From an uncultured Clostridia bacterium (lineage in GTDB: Bacteria; Bacillota; Clostridia; Christensenellales; UBA1242): DNA of 64,000 bases. The DNA is taken from positions 245,761 through 309,760 of the forward strand of contig CAKVFI010000002.1 of assembly GCA_934746715.1 (NCBI GenBank). Direction: 5' to 3'. Below the pieces are notes generated by a model, which did no database searches, was not told the origin of the DNA, and saw only the letters and a list, made by a program, of their open reading frames with translations. Made by a program: the position numbers and the translations under genes. Of the stretch, positions 28,331-37,716 are shown piece by piece (the first letter of the stretch is position 1; each line of letters begins with the position of its first letter).

Positions 28331-29215
28331 ATGAAACAATATTTGGAAGTTATCTTGGACGCTTTGGTGGACACGGCAAAAATTTTGCCGCTTCTTTTTG
28401 TTGTTTATTATTTGATTGAATTGTTTGAATTTAAACGTTCAAAGCAGTTCAGTGAAAACAAGTTTTTAAAAGGCAAAATGAGCCCAATCTTTGGCTCATT
28501 GTTGGGCAGTGTGCCACAATGTGGCTTTTCAATTGTGTCAACTGACTTGTTTACAAAAGGTTCAATTTCTGTTGGCGCGTTGATTGCAGTTTACATTGCA
28601 ACCAGTGATGAAGCAATTCCTCTTATTTTGGCTAATCCAGAAAAAATTAAATGGTTGTTGTTTCTTCTTGTAATCAAAATTGCTTACGCGATTGTTGTTG
28701 GTTATGGTGCAATTTTGTTTTATAATTTGATTTTTGCAAAAAACAAACCAGTGCACACAGAAGAAGAACATGACAGCCACGAAGTGGTTGCTGGGCATGG
28801 TTGTTGCCATCATGATATGGAAACAAAAAGTTTTGATTGGTTGCACCCTATGCTGCACTGCTTGAAAATTGGCGGATTTATTTTGCTCATCAACATTTTG
28901 TTTGGCATGATAACAAACATCTGGGTTGGACAAGATAGATTAACTGCGTTTTTGGACACAAACAAGTTTTGGCAACCAGTTTTGTCAGTTGTGGTGGGGC
29001 TTATTCCAAACTGCGCTTCCAGCGTTGTGCTCACTCAATTGTTTTTGGCAGGCGGACTTAAATTTGGCGCATTAGTGGCAGGTTTGTGCGTAAATGCTGG
29101 CTTGGGTTTGGTTGTGCTTTTAAAGCAAAACAAAAATTGGAAAGAAAATTTGTTTATTATCTCTGTTTTGATTGTTTCTGGCTTGACAATTGGTTACGCG
29201 TTGATATTTATTTAG
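28331..29215 (+). CDS. Polytopic membrane protein, ArsP_2-like putative metal exporter
   Basis: About 10 TM segments, a His/Cys-rich loop (HDSHEVVAGHGCCHHDMETK), and SVPQCGFS / IPNCASS half-repeats. Confidence 0.55.
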   Translation: MKQYLEVILDALVDTAKILPLLFVVYYLIELFEFKRSKQFSENKFLKGKMSPIFGSLLGSVPQCGFSIVSTDLFTKGSISVGALIAVYIATSDEAIPLILANPEKIKWLLFLLVIKIAYAIVVGYGAILFYNLIFAKNKPVHTEEEHDSHEVVAGHGCCHHDMETKSFDWLHPMLHCLKIGGFILLINILFGMITNIWVGQDRLTAFLDTNKFWQPVLSVVVGLIPNCASSVVLTQLFLAGGLKFGALVAGLCVNAGLGLVVLLKQNKNWKENLFIISVLIVSGLTIGYALIFI

Positions 29216-29318
29216 CATCAAAAAAAAATAAAATCTTGTGTTTGTTTTGACACAAGATTTTTTGTTGCAATTTTGCATATAAAAAGCGCAAAAGCAGATA
29301 CTAACACTGGAGGAAGTT

Positions 29319-29759
29319 ATGGAAAAAACAGAATTGCAACTTTTAAATCGTATTTTTCAAGACGCACAAATTGGCATGCTTGCAATTGACAAGATTTTGA
29401 AAAAGCTGGAGAATGAAAAACTTAAAACTCTTTTTAAAAAGCAATTTGAAAGTTACGAAAAGTTTGGAGAAAAATGCAACGCAATAGCAGTGGAAAACGA
29501 CGAAGAATTGAAAGAAAATAGTTTTTTAAAAAAATTCAAGCAATCCACAATGCTTTATTTTTCGCTGTGGACAGACAAAACACCGCGTCACATTGTTGAA
29601 ATGATGATAACAGGCACAGTTATGGGTATTGTGGACGCAATAAAGGCGGAAAAAGATTTGAAAACCAAAAATGAAGAAATTAACAATTTGGTTGTTGAAT
29701 TTAAGCAGATGCAGGAAGATTTTTACGAAAAATTGAAAAAACAACTTGCCAAAGTTTAA
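29319..29759 (+). CDS. Hypothetical helical protein
   Basis: GGAGG RBS and a 146-codon ORF predicted to be helical and K/E-rich. Confidence 0.5.
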   Translation: MEKTELQLLNRIFQDAQIGMLAIDKILKKLENEKLKTLFKKQFESYEKFGEKCNAIAVENDEELKENSFLKKFKQSTMLYFSLWTDKTPRHIVEMMITGTVMGIVDAIKAEKDLKTKNEEINNLVVEFKQMQEDFYEKLKKQLAKV

Positions 29760-29781
29760 AACATTTTTTAGGGGGCAACAT

Positions 29782-29973
29782 ATGAATGAAGAAGCAGAAG
29801 CGTACATCAAATATCTTGGCAGAATGGAAGAAGTCGCAAAGCCAGTTTTGCCAAAGTTTGACCAGCGCGCATATACTGAAAATGAATACGTTAGGGCAAT
29901 AAAAGAAATTGACAACGACTTTTTGTTTGTTGATAGTTTTGACCTAACAATTCAGCATTTAAAAGGAGAATGA
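29782..29973 (+). CDS. Small acidic protein translationally coupled to mazF (candidate non-canonical antitoxin)
   Basis: AGGGGG RBS and 63 codons. Its stop overlaps the MazF start (ATGATGG). I see no RHH/AbrB-like motif. Confidence 0.5.
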   Translation: MNEEAEAYIKYLGRMEEVAKPVLPKFDQRAYTENEYVRAIKEIDNDFLFVDSFDLTIQHLKGE

Positions 29974-30320
29974 TGGAAATAAACCGTGGCGACATTTTCT
30001 ATGCAGATTTAAGCCCAGTTGTGGGCAGCGAACAAGGTGGTGTTCGCCCGGTTTTGGTTGTTCAAAATGATGTTGGCAACAAGTTTAGTCCCACGGTTAT
30101 AATTGCAGCAATAACCAGCCAGTTAAGCAAAGCCAAATTGCCAACTCACATAGAACTCAACCACACAAAATACAATTTGCCAAAAGATAGTGTTGTTTTG
30201 TTGGAGCAAATCCGCACGCTTGACAAACGCCGTTTAAAGGAAAAATTGAGCACAATTGACCGCACAACAATGCAACAAATTGATGTTGCAATTTTGGTTT
30301 CTCTTGGCATAACTGCTTAA
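29970..30320 (+). CDS. mazF: MazF/EndoA-family mRNA interferase toxin
   Basis: [46 protein letters not shown]...KLPTHIEL...[16 protein letters not shown] is near-colinear with B. subtilis EndoA. Confidence 0.9.
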   Translation: MMEINRGDIFYADLSPVVGSEQGGVRPVLVVQNDVGNKFSPTVIIAAITSQLSKAKLPTHIELNHTKYNLPKDSVVLLEQIRTLDKRRLKEKLSTIDRTTMQQIDVAILVSLGITA

Positions 30321-30414
30321 AAAAACACAACAATTTGATATTGTGTTTTTTTGTTACATATTTTTAAAATCTCGCCAAGCTAAATTTTTTGGCAATGTTC
30401 CAAACATTATAGCA

Positions 30415-30834
30415 TTAAATAACTCTACCCATTAATTCATCCATTGAAATGTTAAGATAATCTGCCATTTTTAATAGATTGGAGATGTTTGGTTTAACTC
30501 CTTGATTAAACCACCTAACCTTAAAACTACTGCTTAATTTACAGTCTTTAAAAAGCCTGTATTTTGATATATGTTTATAGTCTAATATGCTTTTTAATTG
30601 TTTTGAAAATGGTATAAGTTCTTTTGTATAACATTCAACATCATTATCTGAACGACCTAAAATGTAATCTATGCTGACAGAAAAATAATCTGCCAACTTA
30701 ATCATATTGTCAAAACTAGGTACGGTTTTTTCATCGCGCCAATCATAAACAATTGTTTCATTGCAACCTAAAAATTCTGCAATTTGATAGCATTTATTTT
30801 CATCAGTGGTTAAAAGTTCATTAAGTCTACTCAT
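30415..30834 (-). CDS. Transcriptional regulator with two XRE-type HTH domains
   Basis: Two copies of the pattern ...IAEFLGCNETIVYDWRDEKTVPSFDNMIKLADYFSVSIDYILGR... and ...NISNLLKMADYLNISMDELMGR. Confidence 0.75.
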   Translation of the reverse strand: MSRLNELLTTDENKCYQIAEFLGCNETIVYDWRDEKTVPSFDNMIKLADYFSVSIDYILGRSDNDVECYTKELIPFSKQLKSILDYKHISKYRLFKDCKLSSSFKVRWFNQGVKPNISNLLKMADYLNISMDELMGRVI

Positions 30835-30898
30835 AAAAATAATATGGTCGGTTTTTCCAAAATAAATTTAAATTTTTGGAAAACGCACCCTATTTTTG

Positions 30899-31078
30899 TT
30901 GACTATAAAATTTTTATAGGGTATAGTGAATATTGTACAAAATTGTTTTGTACAAAATACAATGCTGTAAATTTTTGCGGTATAGTTAAATATGGATAAA
31001 AGGAGTTAAGTTTAGTTTAATATTTTTGTACAGAATATTTTGTCGATTATTGTTGAACAATATTTTTGTACAAAAATA
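30899..31078. promoter_or_regulatory. Divergent control region: + strand promoter plus four TGTACA-core palindromes
   Basis: TTGACT (30899-30904), 17-nt spacer, TATAGT (30922-30927). TGTACA cores lie at 30934, 30949, 31027 and 31067, the last inside TTTTGTACAAAAATA. Confidence 0.55.
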
Positions 31079-31116
31079 CTTTACTTTTAAAATTGATTGT
31101 GATACACTTTGGTTAT

Positions 31117-32187
31117 ATGACAAGAGAAGAGTTGAATGAATTGAGCATTTTTGCCCTTCGTGAATTTGCGCGTAGAACTGGCGTTTATGCACCTACAAGC
31201 AAAAAAAAGGGGCAATTGATTGATGAAATTATTGAAATAAGTGAAGGCAAAAAACAACCTTACATTGCAAAAACAAAACAAGGCAGACCACCAAAAAATT
31301 ATGGTTACCCTTTTGCGGAAGTGTTTGTTGGTGCTCCAGTGCAAAATTACACAAACAATTGTTTTAAACAAGAAACAAACTTTGCCTATACTGACGATTT
31401 AAAAACATTAAATGGTTATGTTGAAACTAATGCAGATTCAAATTTGCTTTGGTCAATGCAAAACAACAGATTGGTTTGTTTGCGTTTGGCAAAAGGTTTG
31501 GTGGAACAATATAATTTGAAAACAGGCGACTTGCTTATGGTTGGGTTGGAAAAAGATAGCCACGATGTGGTTGAAGATATAATTAGCATTAACAATATTC
31601 CAATCAACAATTACAGCAAGGCACGTGCATGTTATACAGACATTGAACACACCATGCCAACAAACTTTTTGGGCTTTGATTGCCAAGCGTGCAACGACCT
31701 TAATATTAGGGTTGGTGAAAGCGTTTATGTTTATGGTGCAAGCAATGCGGAAAACTCTCAAGCGATTGTGGAGATGCTTAATTCTTGCAATGCGGACAGA
31801 AAATTGTATGTTAACACATCAATAGTGGAAAAGAACAAATATTTGCTAAATTGTTTGAAAAACACAGAAAATTTTGTAACCAATTTTAGCGACCCAATTG
31901 ACGATGCAAGGCGAGCAGTGATTTTAGCAACGGAAAGGGCAAAGCGTATTGTGGAAAAGGGAGAATCTTGCGTGCTTGCTGTTGATGATGTTCAATCTGT
32001 GCGTGGCATTGATTTTGAAGATTTGAAAATAACTAAAAATTTGATGAGCGTAACCAAAAATGGTGCAAATGGTGGCAGTGTAACATTGCTTGCAATTATG
32101 CCTTCCAATAGAAGCATGGATATGTTTGAAAAACTTGCCGACAAACGCGTTAAAGTGCTTGACCGCAAATTGTTTTTGATAGATTAA
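31117..32187 (+). CDS. Rho-like protein with degenerate Walker A and truncated C-terminus
   Basis: Rho_N-like N-terminus (ELSIFALREFARRTGV). OB segment QYNLKTGDLLMVG compares with Rho RFNLRTGDTISG. The ATPase core is colinear (FSDPIDDARRAVILATERAKRIVEKGESCVLAVDD vs [35 protein letters not shown]), but the P-loop APPKAGKT is replaced by GASNAENS. The protein ends about 70 aa before the Rho C-terminus. Confidence 0.7.
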   Translation: MTREELNELSIFALREFARRTGVYAPTSKKKGQLIDEIIEISEGKKQPYIAKTKQGRPPKNYGYPFAEVFVGAPVQNYTNNCFKQETNFAYTDDLKTLNGYVETNADSNLLWSMQNNRLVCLRLAKGLVEQYNLKTGDLLMVGLEKDSHDVVEDIISINNIPINNYSKARACYTDIEHTMPTNFLGFDCQACNDLNIRVGESVYVYGASNAENSQAIVEMLNSCNADRKLYVNTSIVEKNKYLLNCLKNTENFVTNFSDPIDDARRAVILATERAKRIVEKGESCVLAVDDVQSVRGIDFEDLKITKNLMSVTKNGANGGSVTLLAIMPSNRSMDMFEKLADKRVKVLDRKLFLID

Positions 32188-32246
32188 CAAAAATTGTGCA
32201 ACCTTGCCTTGTTGGGCAACTTGATTGCACAATTTTTTTAATGTTA

Positions 32247-32876
32247 TTATTTGTTTAAATATTCATTTTGTTGATTGTTGCGTCTTTCCAAAATGTTAAA
32301 AATGGCAGATTTAAAAAGTTTTGTTCCAGTTTGAGATTCAACTGTTTTGTCAATCAAATCGGCATAAGTGATGTTGATGTTAACTTTGTCAATGTCCTTA
32401 TCAACAGACAATTCTTTTTCTTCTTCCCAATTAAAGTTTTGCATAAAGCTAACCAAACTGCAATGTTCTGCCAATGTTTTGCCGTCTGCTTGCAATGCTT
32501 CCATGTCAGGATTTGCAAAATCTTTAAAATAAATGTAATGGTAGTATGGGTCAGTGTTTGGGTGAGTGTATGAAATTAATATGCGAGATTTTAAAAAGTA
32601 ACCATTGTAGCCAACTTCTTTAACAAATTGCTCAATTGTTTTAATGTTTGATGTAACCCTTCCGCTTGTGCCTTGAATTTTGTATTCAATTATAATGTTA
32701 TAGTCCTTGTCAAACATTGATTGCAATTCATTTTTAAGTTCTCCCAAATTGATTTCAATTGTCTGTTGCAACAAGTTGTTTAATTTTTGTTTTTCTTGTT
32801 TCAATTCGTCTTGTTTATGTTCAATAACAATTTTTTGTTTTTCAATTAATGATGATAATTTTTTTAATAAATTCAT
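32247..32876 (-). CDS. Hypothetical protein with N-terminal coiled coil
   Basis: AAAGAGGA RBS before ATG 32876. No recognised motif. Confidence 0.5.
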   Translation of the reverse strand: MNLLKKLSSLIEKQKIVIEHKQDELKQEKQKLNNLLQQTIEINLGELKNELQSMFDKDYNIIIEYKIQGTSGRVTSNIKTIEQFVKEVGYNGYFLKSRILISYTHPNTDPYYHYIYFKDFANPDMEALQADGKTLAEHCSLVSFMQNFNWEEEKELSVDKDIDKVNINITYADLIDKTVESQTGTKLFKSAIFNILERRNNQQNEYLNK

Positions 32877-32961
32877 AAAATCCTCTTTTAGCGAGTGCAA
32901 TAATAACACAAATTAAAAAAATGTAAATACAAAAATATTAGATTTTTTGTTGAAATTTGCA

Positions 32962-33093
32962 CAATTTTGGCTTAATTTGAAAAATGGCATTAAATATGCA
33001 ACAAAAATCCTTGCTTTTGAAAATATGCAGATTAAAACATATGACGGAAACTACACATATTATCAAACGCAAAAGCAAAAGGCAAAGATTTAA
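32962..33093 (+). pseudogene. 3'-terminal remnant of an ABC-F ATPase gene
   Basis: The frame reads ...FWLNLKNGIKYATKILAFENMQIKTYDGNYTYYQTQKQKAKI*, which resembles the ABC-F tail pattern (HDRYFL..va..il.l..G.i..y.GNYs.Y). There is no upstream ATPase body. Confidence 0.5.
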
Positions 33094-33184
33094 TCTGGCA
33101 CGATTAAATTTTGCAAAGCATAATGTTTGACCAGTTTGATTTAATTTGCTAAAATTGGGTTGATTTGAAAATAAATGGAGAAAT

Positions 33185-33619
33185 ATGAAGGCAGTAATTC
33201 AATTGGTTAAAAAATGCGTGCTGTTTAGTGAAGGCGTTAAGCACAGCGAGATAGGACATGGAGCGTTGGTGTTGTTTGGAGTAAGCAAAACCGACACAAT
33301 TGACATGGTGGATAAATTTGCGGAAAAGTTGCTTAAATTGCGTATCTTTGATGATAAAAGCGGCAAAACAAATTTAAACATTTTTGACACTAATGGCGAG
33401 TTTATGGTTGTTAGCAATTTCACTTTGTATGGTGATGTTAAAGGGTATAATCGTCCTTGCTTTATGCTTTCTGCTGGGCATGACCAAGCAGAGCCAATTT
33501 ACAATGCTCTCTGCAAAAAACTGGCGGGAAAAGTGCCAACAAAAACTGGAGTTTTTCGCACCAACATGCAAATTGAAATGGTGGCGGATGGCCCAAGCAC
33601 TTACATTTTGGAAATGTAA
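33185..33619 (+). CDS. dtd: D-aminoacyl-tRNA deacylase
   Basis: MKAVIQ...GALVLFGVSKTDT...KLRIFDD...MVVSNFTLYGD...RPCF pattern, 144 aa. Confidence 0.9.
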   Translation: MKAVIQLVKKCVLFSEGVKHSEIGHGALVLFGVSKTDTIDMVDKFAEKLLKLRIFDDKSGKTNLNIFDTNGEFMVVSNFTLYGDVKGYNRPCFMLSAGHDQAEPIYNALCKKLAGKVPTKTGVFRTNMQIEMVADGPSTYILEM

Positions 33620-33839
33620 AAAATTGCAATAAATCAGTTTGTTTTGTTTTGCTATTTAACTGATTTGTTGATTATTTAACAAGATACACATTTTTGTTTG
33701 CTTTTTTAACAAAAAATATGTATTTTCTTATTAGATTTAAAACAAGAGATAATCAAACAATATCATTGCAAAAAGCGATGATTTTAAAATTTTAGTGATA
33801 GTGATTTGATTGTTTAAAAAATTATATGGAGCGGTTGAT

Positions 33840-35555
33840 ATGAGCAAAGTTGGCAAAATAATTTATGGTGTTTTGTTTTTGTGCCTAATGGCGGTGATAA
33901 TCACATATGCTGCACTTAATATGATTGGTGGCGGAGCGTATTTGGTTATTTCAATCATTATTTTGACTGCCGGTTGTGGTTTGATTTTTGCAAACTTTAA
34001 AGACAAAAACAAATTTAATTTTGAATTTTTGTCTATTAAAAAATGGGAAATTTTGGCCATAAGCATTGTAACCGTGGTTGCGTGTTTGTTGCGATTTGTT
34101 TGCCTATCCTCAATTCCAAACGGAATGATGTCAGATGAATGGAGTATGATTTACGAATCTTGGAGTTTGGCTCATTACGGCATCGACCGCAACGGCAACA
34201 GTTGGCCTGTTTATCTTGTTGCTTGGGGTAGCGGACAAAATGCGTTGCTTACATATTTAACAATACCTTTTGTTTTGATTTTTGGTATGAACGCATTTTC
34301 AGCGCGCATTGTTATGGCAATCAGTTCGGTTGTTACAATTGTTGCAAGTTATTTTTTGATTAAAAAATTTGCAAGCAAACAAACCGCTTTTATAACAATG
34401 ATATTGCTTACAATTTTGCCTTGGAATTTGATGCTTGGCAGGTGGGGATTGGAGTCCAACCTGTTGCCTTGCTTTTTGGTTTTGGGCGTGTTGTTTTTGG
34501 TTAAATCGTTAAAGGAAAATCATTGGTGGTTTGTGTTGAGTGGATTTTTCTTTGGCGTGTCACTTTATTCTTACGCGTTAGATTATATGCTTTTGCCTTT
34601 GTTTTTGATTGCGTGCTATGTTTGCATGTTTATCAAGCACAAAGTTAATTGGAAATCTTTTGTTGTGGGCAATATAGTGTTGGGTGCACTTGCTTTGCCT
34701 TTGGTTTTGTTTGTTATGGTTAATTTTAACATAATAAAACCTTTTAAGTTGTTTAATGTTTTTAGTGTGCCAAAATTGTCAAGTTTGCGCCCTGGCGCTG
34801 ATGGGAACTTTAATATTTTTGCAAACATCAAAAGCTTTTTTAGAGTTTTTATTATTCAAAGTGATGGTTTGCCTTGGAACACTATTCAACCTTTTGGCTA
34901 TGTTTATATGCTGTTTGTGCCTTTTGCAATTGTTGGTTTTGTTAATCAATGCAAAAATATAAAAAATGATTATCAAAACAATTTTGAAAAATTGATTTTA
35001 ACCATTTGGTTGATTGCTGGAATTTTGTCAAGTTTTGCAATGTCCGCAACAAGTTTAAACCATTTTAATTGTTTGATGGTGCCTTACTTTTTGTTGATTG
35101 CTGAAGGTGTTGTGACAACATCTCAAAACAGCAGAATATTTTATATTGTCCTTACTGCGTTATGTTCGGTTATGTTTGTTATGTTTTCTTCTGTGTATTT
35201 TTCTTTAGACAGACAAAAACAAACATATGTAATGTATGATCAAGACCTTTATGTTGCAACTCAGTTTGCGGAATCAGTGAGAGAACCAAACGATACGATT
35301 GTGTTGTGTGAAACTGATAATTATATGATAACACTTTGTGCAAACAAAACATCGCCAAAAGTATTCAGTGAAACGGTTGTGTGGGTTGGTACAGGATTGC
35401 GAAAGGTGCAATCGTATAAAGGTTATTCTTTTGCAAAAAATTATTTGGGCGATGAAAATTGTGTTTACATTTTAAAAAGAGATTCCGATTGGATAGAAAA
35501 CTCAACTGTCTGGAATATTAAAGATTGCGGAGATTATTTGGTGTATTACAAATAA
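33840..35555 (+). CDS. GT-C fold glycosyltransferase (family 39/83-like, ArnT/PMT type)
   Basis: More than 10 TM segments, a first-loop acidic motif (SDEWSMIYESW) and a C-terminal soluble domain. I prefer the start at 33840 (GGAG RBS). Confidence 0.7.
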   Translation: MSKVGKIIYGVLFLCLMAVIITYAALNMIGGGAYLVISIIILTAGCGLIFANFKDKNKFNFEFLSIKKWEILAISIVTVVACLLRFVCLSSIPNGMMSDEWSMIYESWSLAHYGIDRNGNSWPVYLVAWGSGQNALLTYLTIPFVLIFGMNAFSARIVMAISSVVTIVASYFLIKKFASKQTAFITMILLTILPWNLMLGRWGLESNLLPCFLVLGVLFLVKSLKENHWWFVLSGFFFGVSLYSYALDYMLLPLFLIACYVCMFIKHKVNWKSFVVGNIVLGALALPLVLFVMVNFNIIKPFKLFNVFSVPKLSSLRPGADGNFNIFANIKSFFRVFIIQSDGLPWNTIQPFGYVYMLFVPFAIVGFVNQCKNIKNDYQNNFEKLILTIWLIAGILSSFAMSATSLNHFNCLMVPYFLLIAEGVVTTSQNSRIFYIVLTALCSVMFVMFSSVYFSLDRQKQTYVMYDQDLYVATQFAESVREPNDTIVLCETDNYMITLCANKTSPKVFSETVVWVGTGLRKVQSYKGYSFAKNYLGDENCVYILKRDSDWIENSTVWNIKDCGDYLVYYK

Positions 35556-35718
35556 ACAAACCAAAAAAGCAAGCTTAAAAAAATTGGGCTTGTTTTTTTG
35601 TTTTTGTATGTAATGATTTGACAAATATATTAAATTTGTTATATTTTAAGTAAATAATAAATTTAAATGGTTTTGTTGCATTTGGCAAACCAAAATGATA
35701 ATTGTTATTGGAGAGATT

Positions 35719-37398
35719 ATGATTGATTTAGATAGTATTGTTCCATCAAACTTTATTGAAGATGAAATTTTGGCGGACTTAAAGGCGGGCAGAAGCAAGG
35801 AAGTTATCACTCGTTGCCCACCAGAGCCAAGCGGCTACTGGCACATTGGGCACTGCAAAGCGTGGATGATTGACTTTGAAACTGCAATCAAATTTGGCGG
35901 TTACACGTATCTTCGTATGGACGACACAAATCCAAGCCGTGAACAAGGCGAGTTTGCGGATAGTTATTTGGAAGATTTAAAATGGTTGGGTTACACTCCA
36001 AAAGCTATGATTTTTGCGTCCGAGGCATATTTTGACAAGATTTATGAAATTGCAGAAAAAATGATTATGAAAGGCTATGCATATGTTGATGAATTGAGCC
36101 AAGAAGAGCAACAAGCAATGAAAGGCACACTCACCGAGCCGGGCAAAAACAGCCCTTACCGTGATCGCCCAGCTGAAGAAAGTTTGCGCCTATTCCGTGA
36201 AATGAAAGCGGGCAAGTATCCAGACGGGAGCCTTACTTTGCGTGCAAAAATTGACATGAGCCACCCAAACATTTTGATGCGCGACCCTATTATGTACAAA
36301 ATTTCTCGTGAGCATCACTATAAAACTGGCGATAAATGGTGCATTTATCCTATTTATGATTTTGCACACCCAATGGAAGACGCTTTGGAAGGTGTTACAT
36401 ATAGTTTGTGCGACATCACTTTCCGTGTGCACCGTGAACTTTACGATTGGTTTATTGCTCATGGCTGGGACAAACCTTATCCACCAAAACAACGCGAGTT
36501 TTCAACCCTTAATTTGGAAAATGTGTTGCTTGGCAAACGTTATCTTAAAGCGCTTGTTAACTCTGGCAAAGTTTTGGGCTGGGACGACCCTAGATATTTG
36601 ACAATCGTTGGCATGAAAAGGCGTGGTTACACTGCAGAAGGCGTTAAAAACTTTATCCGCAGTTGTGGCGTTGTTGCAAGCGAAAGCACAATACCATTCA
36701 GTTCACTTGAACATTATATCCGTGATGATTTAAACAAAGTGGCAACAAGGGCAATGGTTGTGCTTGACCCACTTAAAGTTGTTATCACAAACTGGGAAGA
36801 AGGCAAAACAGAAGAAATTGAAATTCAAAACAACCCTAACGATGAAAACGCAGGCAGCCACAAAGGTTTGTTTGGACGCGAAATTTACATCGAAAATGAG
36901 GACTTTTCACTCAATCCACCACCAAAGTATAACCGCTTGGTTGTTGGTGGCGTGGTTAGATTGAAAGGTGCATACATCATTAGATGTAACGAAGTTGTGT
37001 ATAAGGACGACGGCACAATTGATTATTTGAAATGTGAGTATATCCCAGGCACAAAAAGTGGGCAAGATAACAGCGGCATGAAAGTTAAAGGCACAATCCA
37101 CTTTGTTGCAAAGGAAAATGGTTTTAAATGCACAATCCGCAACTTTAAAAACCTTACAAAAGCCGAATATTTGTGGCCAAGCAAAGCACTTGCTCAAGGC
37201 GTTTCAATTGATGACATTTTGGAACCAAATTCTTTAACCGAGTCAACCGCCATTGCAGAAAATTATTTAAAAACTGCCAAACCTTACGATAAATTTCAAT
37301 TTATGCGCAAAGGTTACTACACTTTGGATAAAGACACCACTCCAGACAATTACATCTTCAACTCCACAATCTCCCTGAAAGATTCTTTCAATAAATAA
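35719..37398 (+). CDS. glnS: Glutamine--tRNA ligase
   Basis: RCPPEPSGYWHIGH (HIGH motif) and class I GlnRS/GluRS colinearity including the C-terminal anticodon-binding beta-barrels. GGAGAG RBS. Confidence 0.9.
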   Translation: MIDLDSIVPSNFIEDEILADLKAGRSKEVITRCPPEPSGYWHIGHCKAWMIDFETAIKFGGYTYLRMDDTNPSREQGEFADSYLEDLKWLGYTPKAMIFASEAYFDKIYEIAEKMIMKGYAYVDELSQEEQQAMKGTLTEPGKNSPYRDRPAEESLRLFREMKAGKYPDGSLTLRAKIDMSHPNILMRDPIMYKISREHHYKTGDKWCIYPIYDFAHPMEDALEGVTYSLCDITFRVHRELYDWFIAHGWDKPYPPKQREFSTLNLENVLLGKRYLKALVNSGKVLGWDDPRYLTIVGMKRRGYTAEGVKNFIRSCGVVASESTIPFSSLEHYIRDDLNKVATRAMVVLDPLKVVITNWEEGKTEEIEIQNNPNDENAGSHKGLFGREIYIENEDFSLNPPPKYNRLVVGGVVRLKGAYIIRCNEVVYKDDGTIDYLKCEYIPGTKSGQDNSGMKVKGTIHFVAKENGFKCTIRNFKNLTKAEYLWPSKALAQGVSIDDILEPNSLTESTAIAENYLKTAKPYDKFQFMRKGYYTLDKDTTPDNYIFNSTISLKDSFNK

Positions 37399-37441
37399 TA
37401 ATCAATAAACAACAATATGTTTTAAATTTAAAAGCAATAAT

Positions 37442-37473
37442 AAAAAAGCAGACCATTTTAGGTCTGTTTTTTT
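37442..37473. terminator. Bidirectional terminator after glnS
   Basis: A-run, CAGACC-ATTTTA-GGTCTG, T-run. Confidence 0.8.
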
Positions 37474-37628
37474 GGTGTCGGTGGGGAGTGGTGTAAAAGA
37501 AAGTTGTCCCAATGAGCAAGTGTTATCGTAACGAGTGCAAGAGCGTACACGAGTTGGACGCGGACGACAAAAATAATAAAAAAAAGAACTCAAATAATAA
37601 AGAGTTCATTTTTTAACTGATTTTGTTA

Positions 37629-37716
37629 TGGTGCCGGTGGTCGGGGTCGAACCGACACGGACGGTGAGGTCCCCAGGATTTTAAGTCCTGTGCGTCTGCC
37701 ATTTCGCCACACCGGC
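37629..37716 (-). tRNA. tRNA-Leu (anticodon UAA), CCA encoded
   Basis: rc = GCCGGTGTGGCGAAATGGCAGACGCACAGGACTTAAAATCCTGGGGACCTCACCGTCCGTGTCGGTTCGACCCCGACCACCGGCACCA. It has a 7-bp acceptor stem, anticodon loop CTTAAAA and a long variable arm. Confidence 0.9.
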
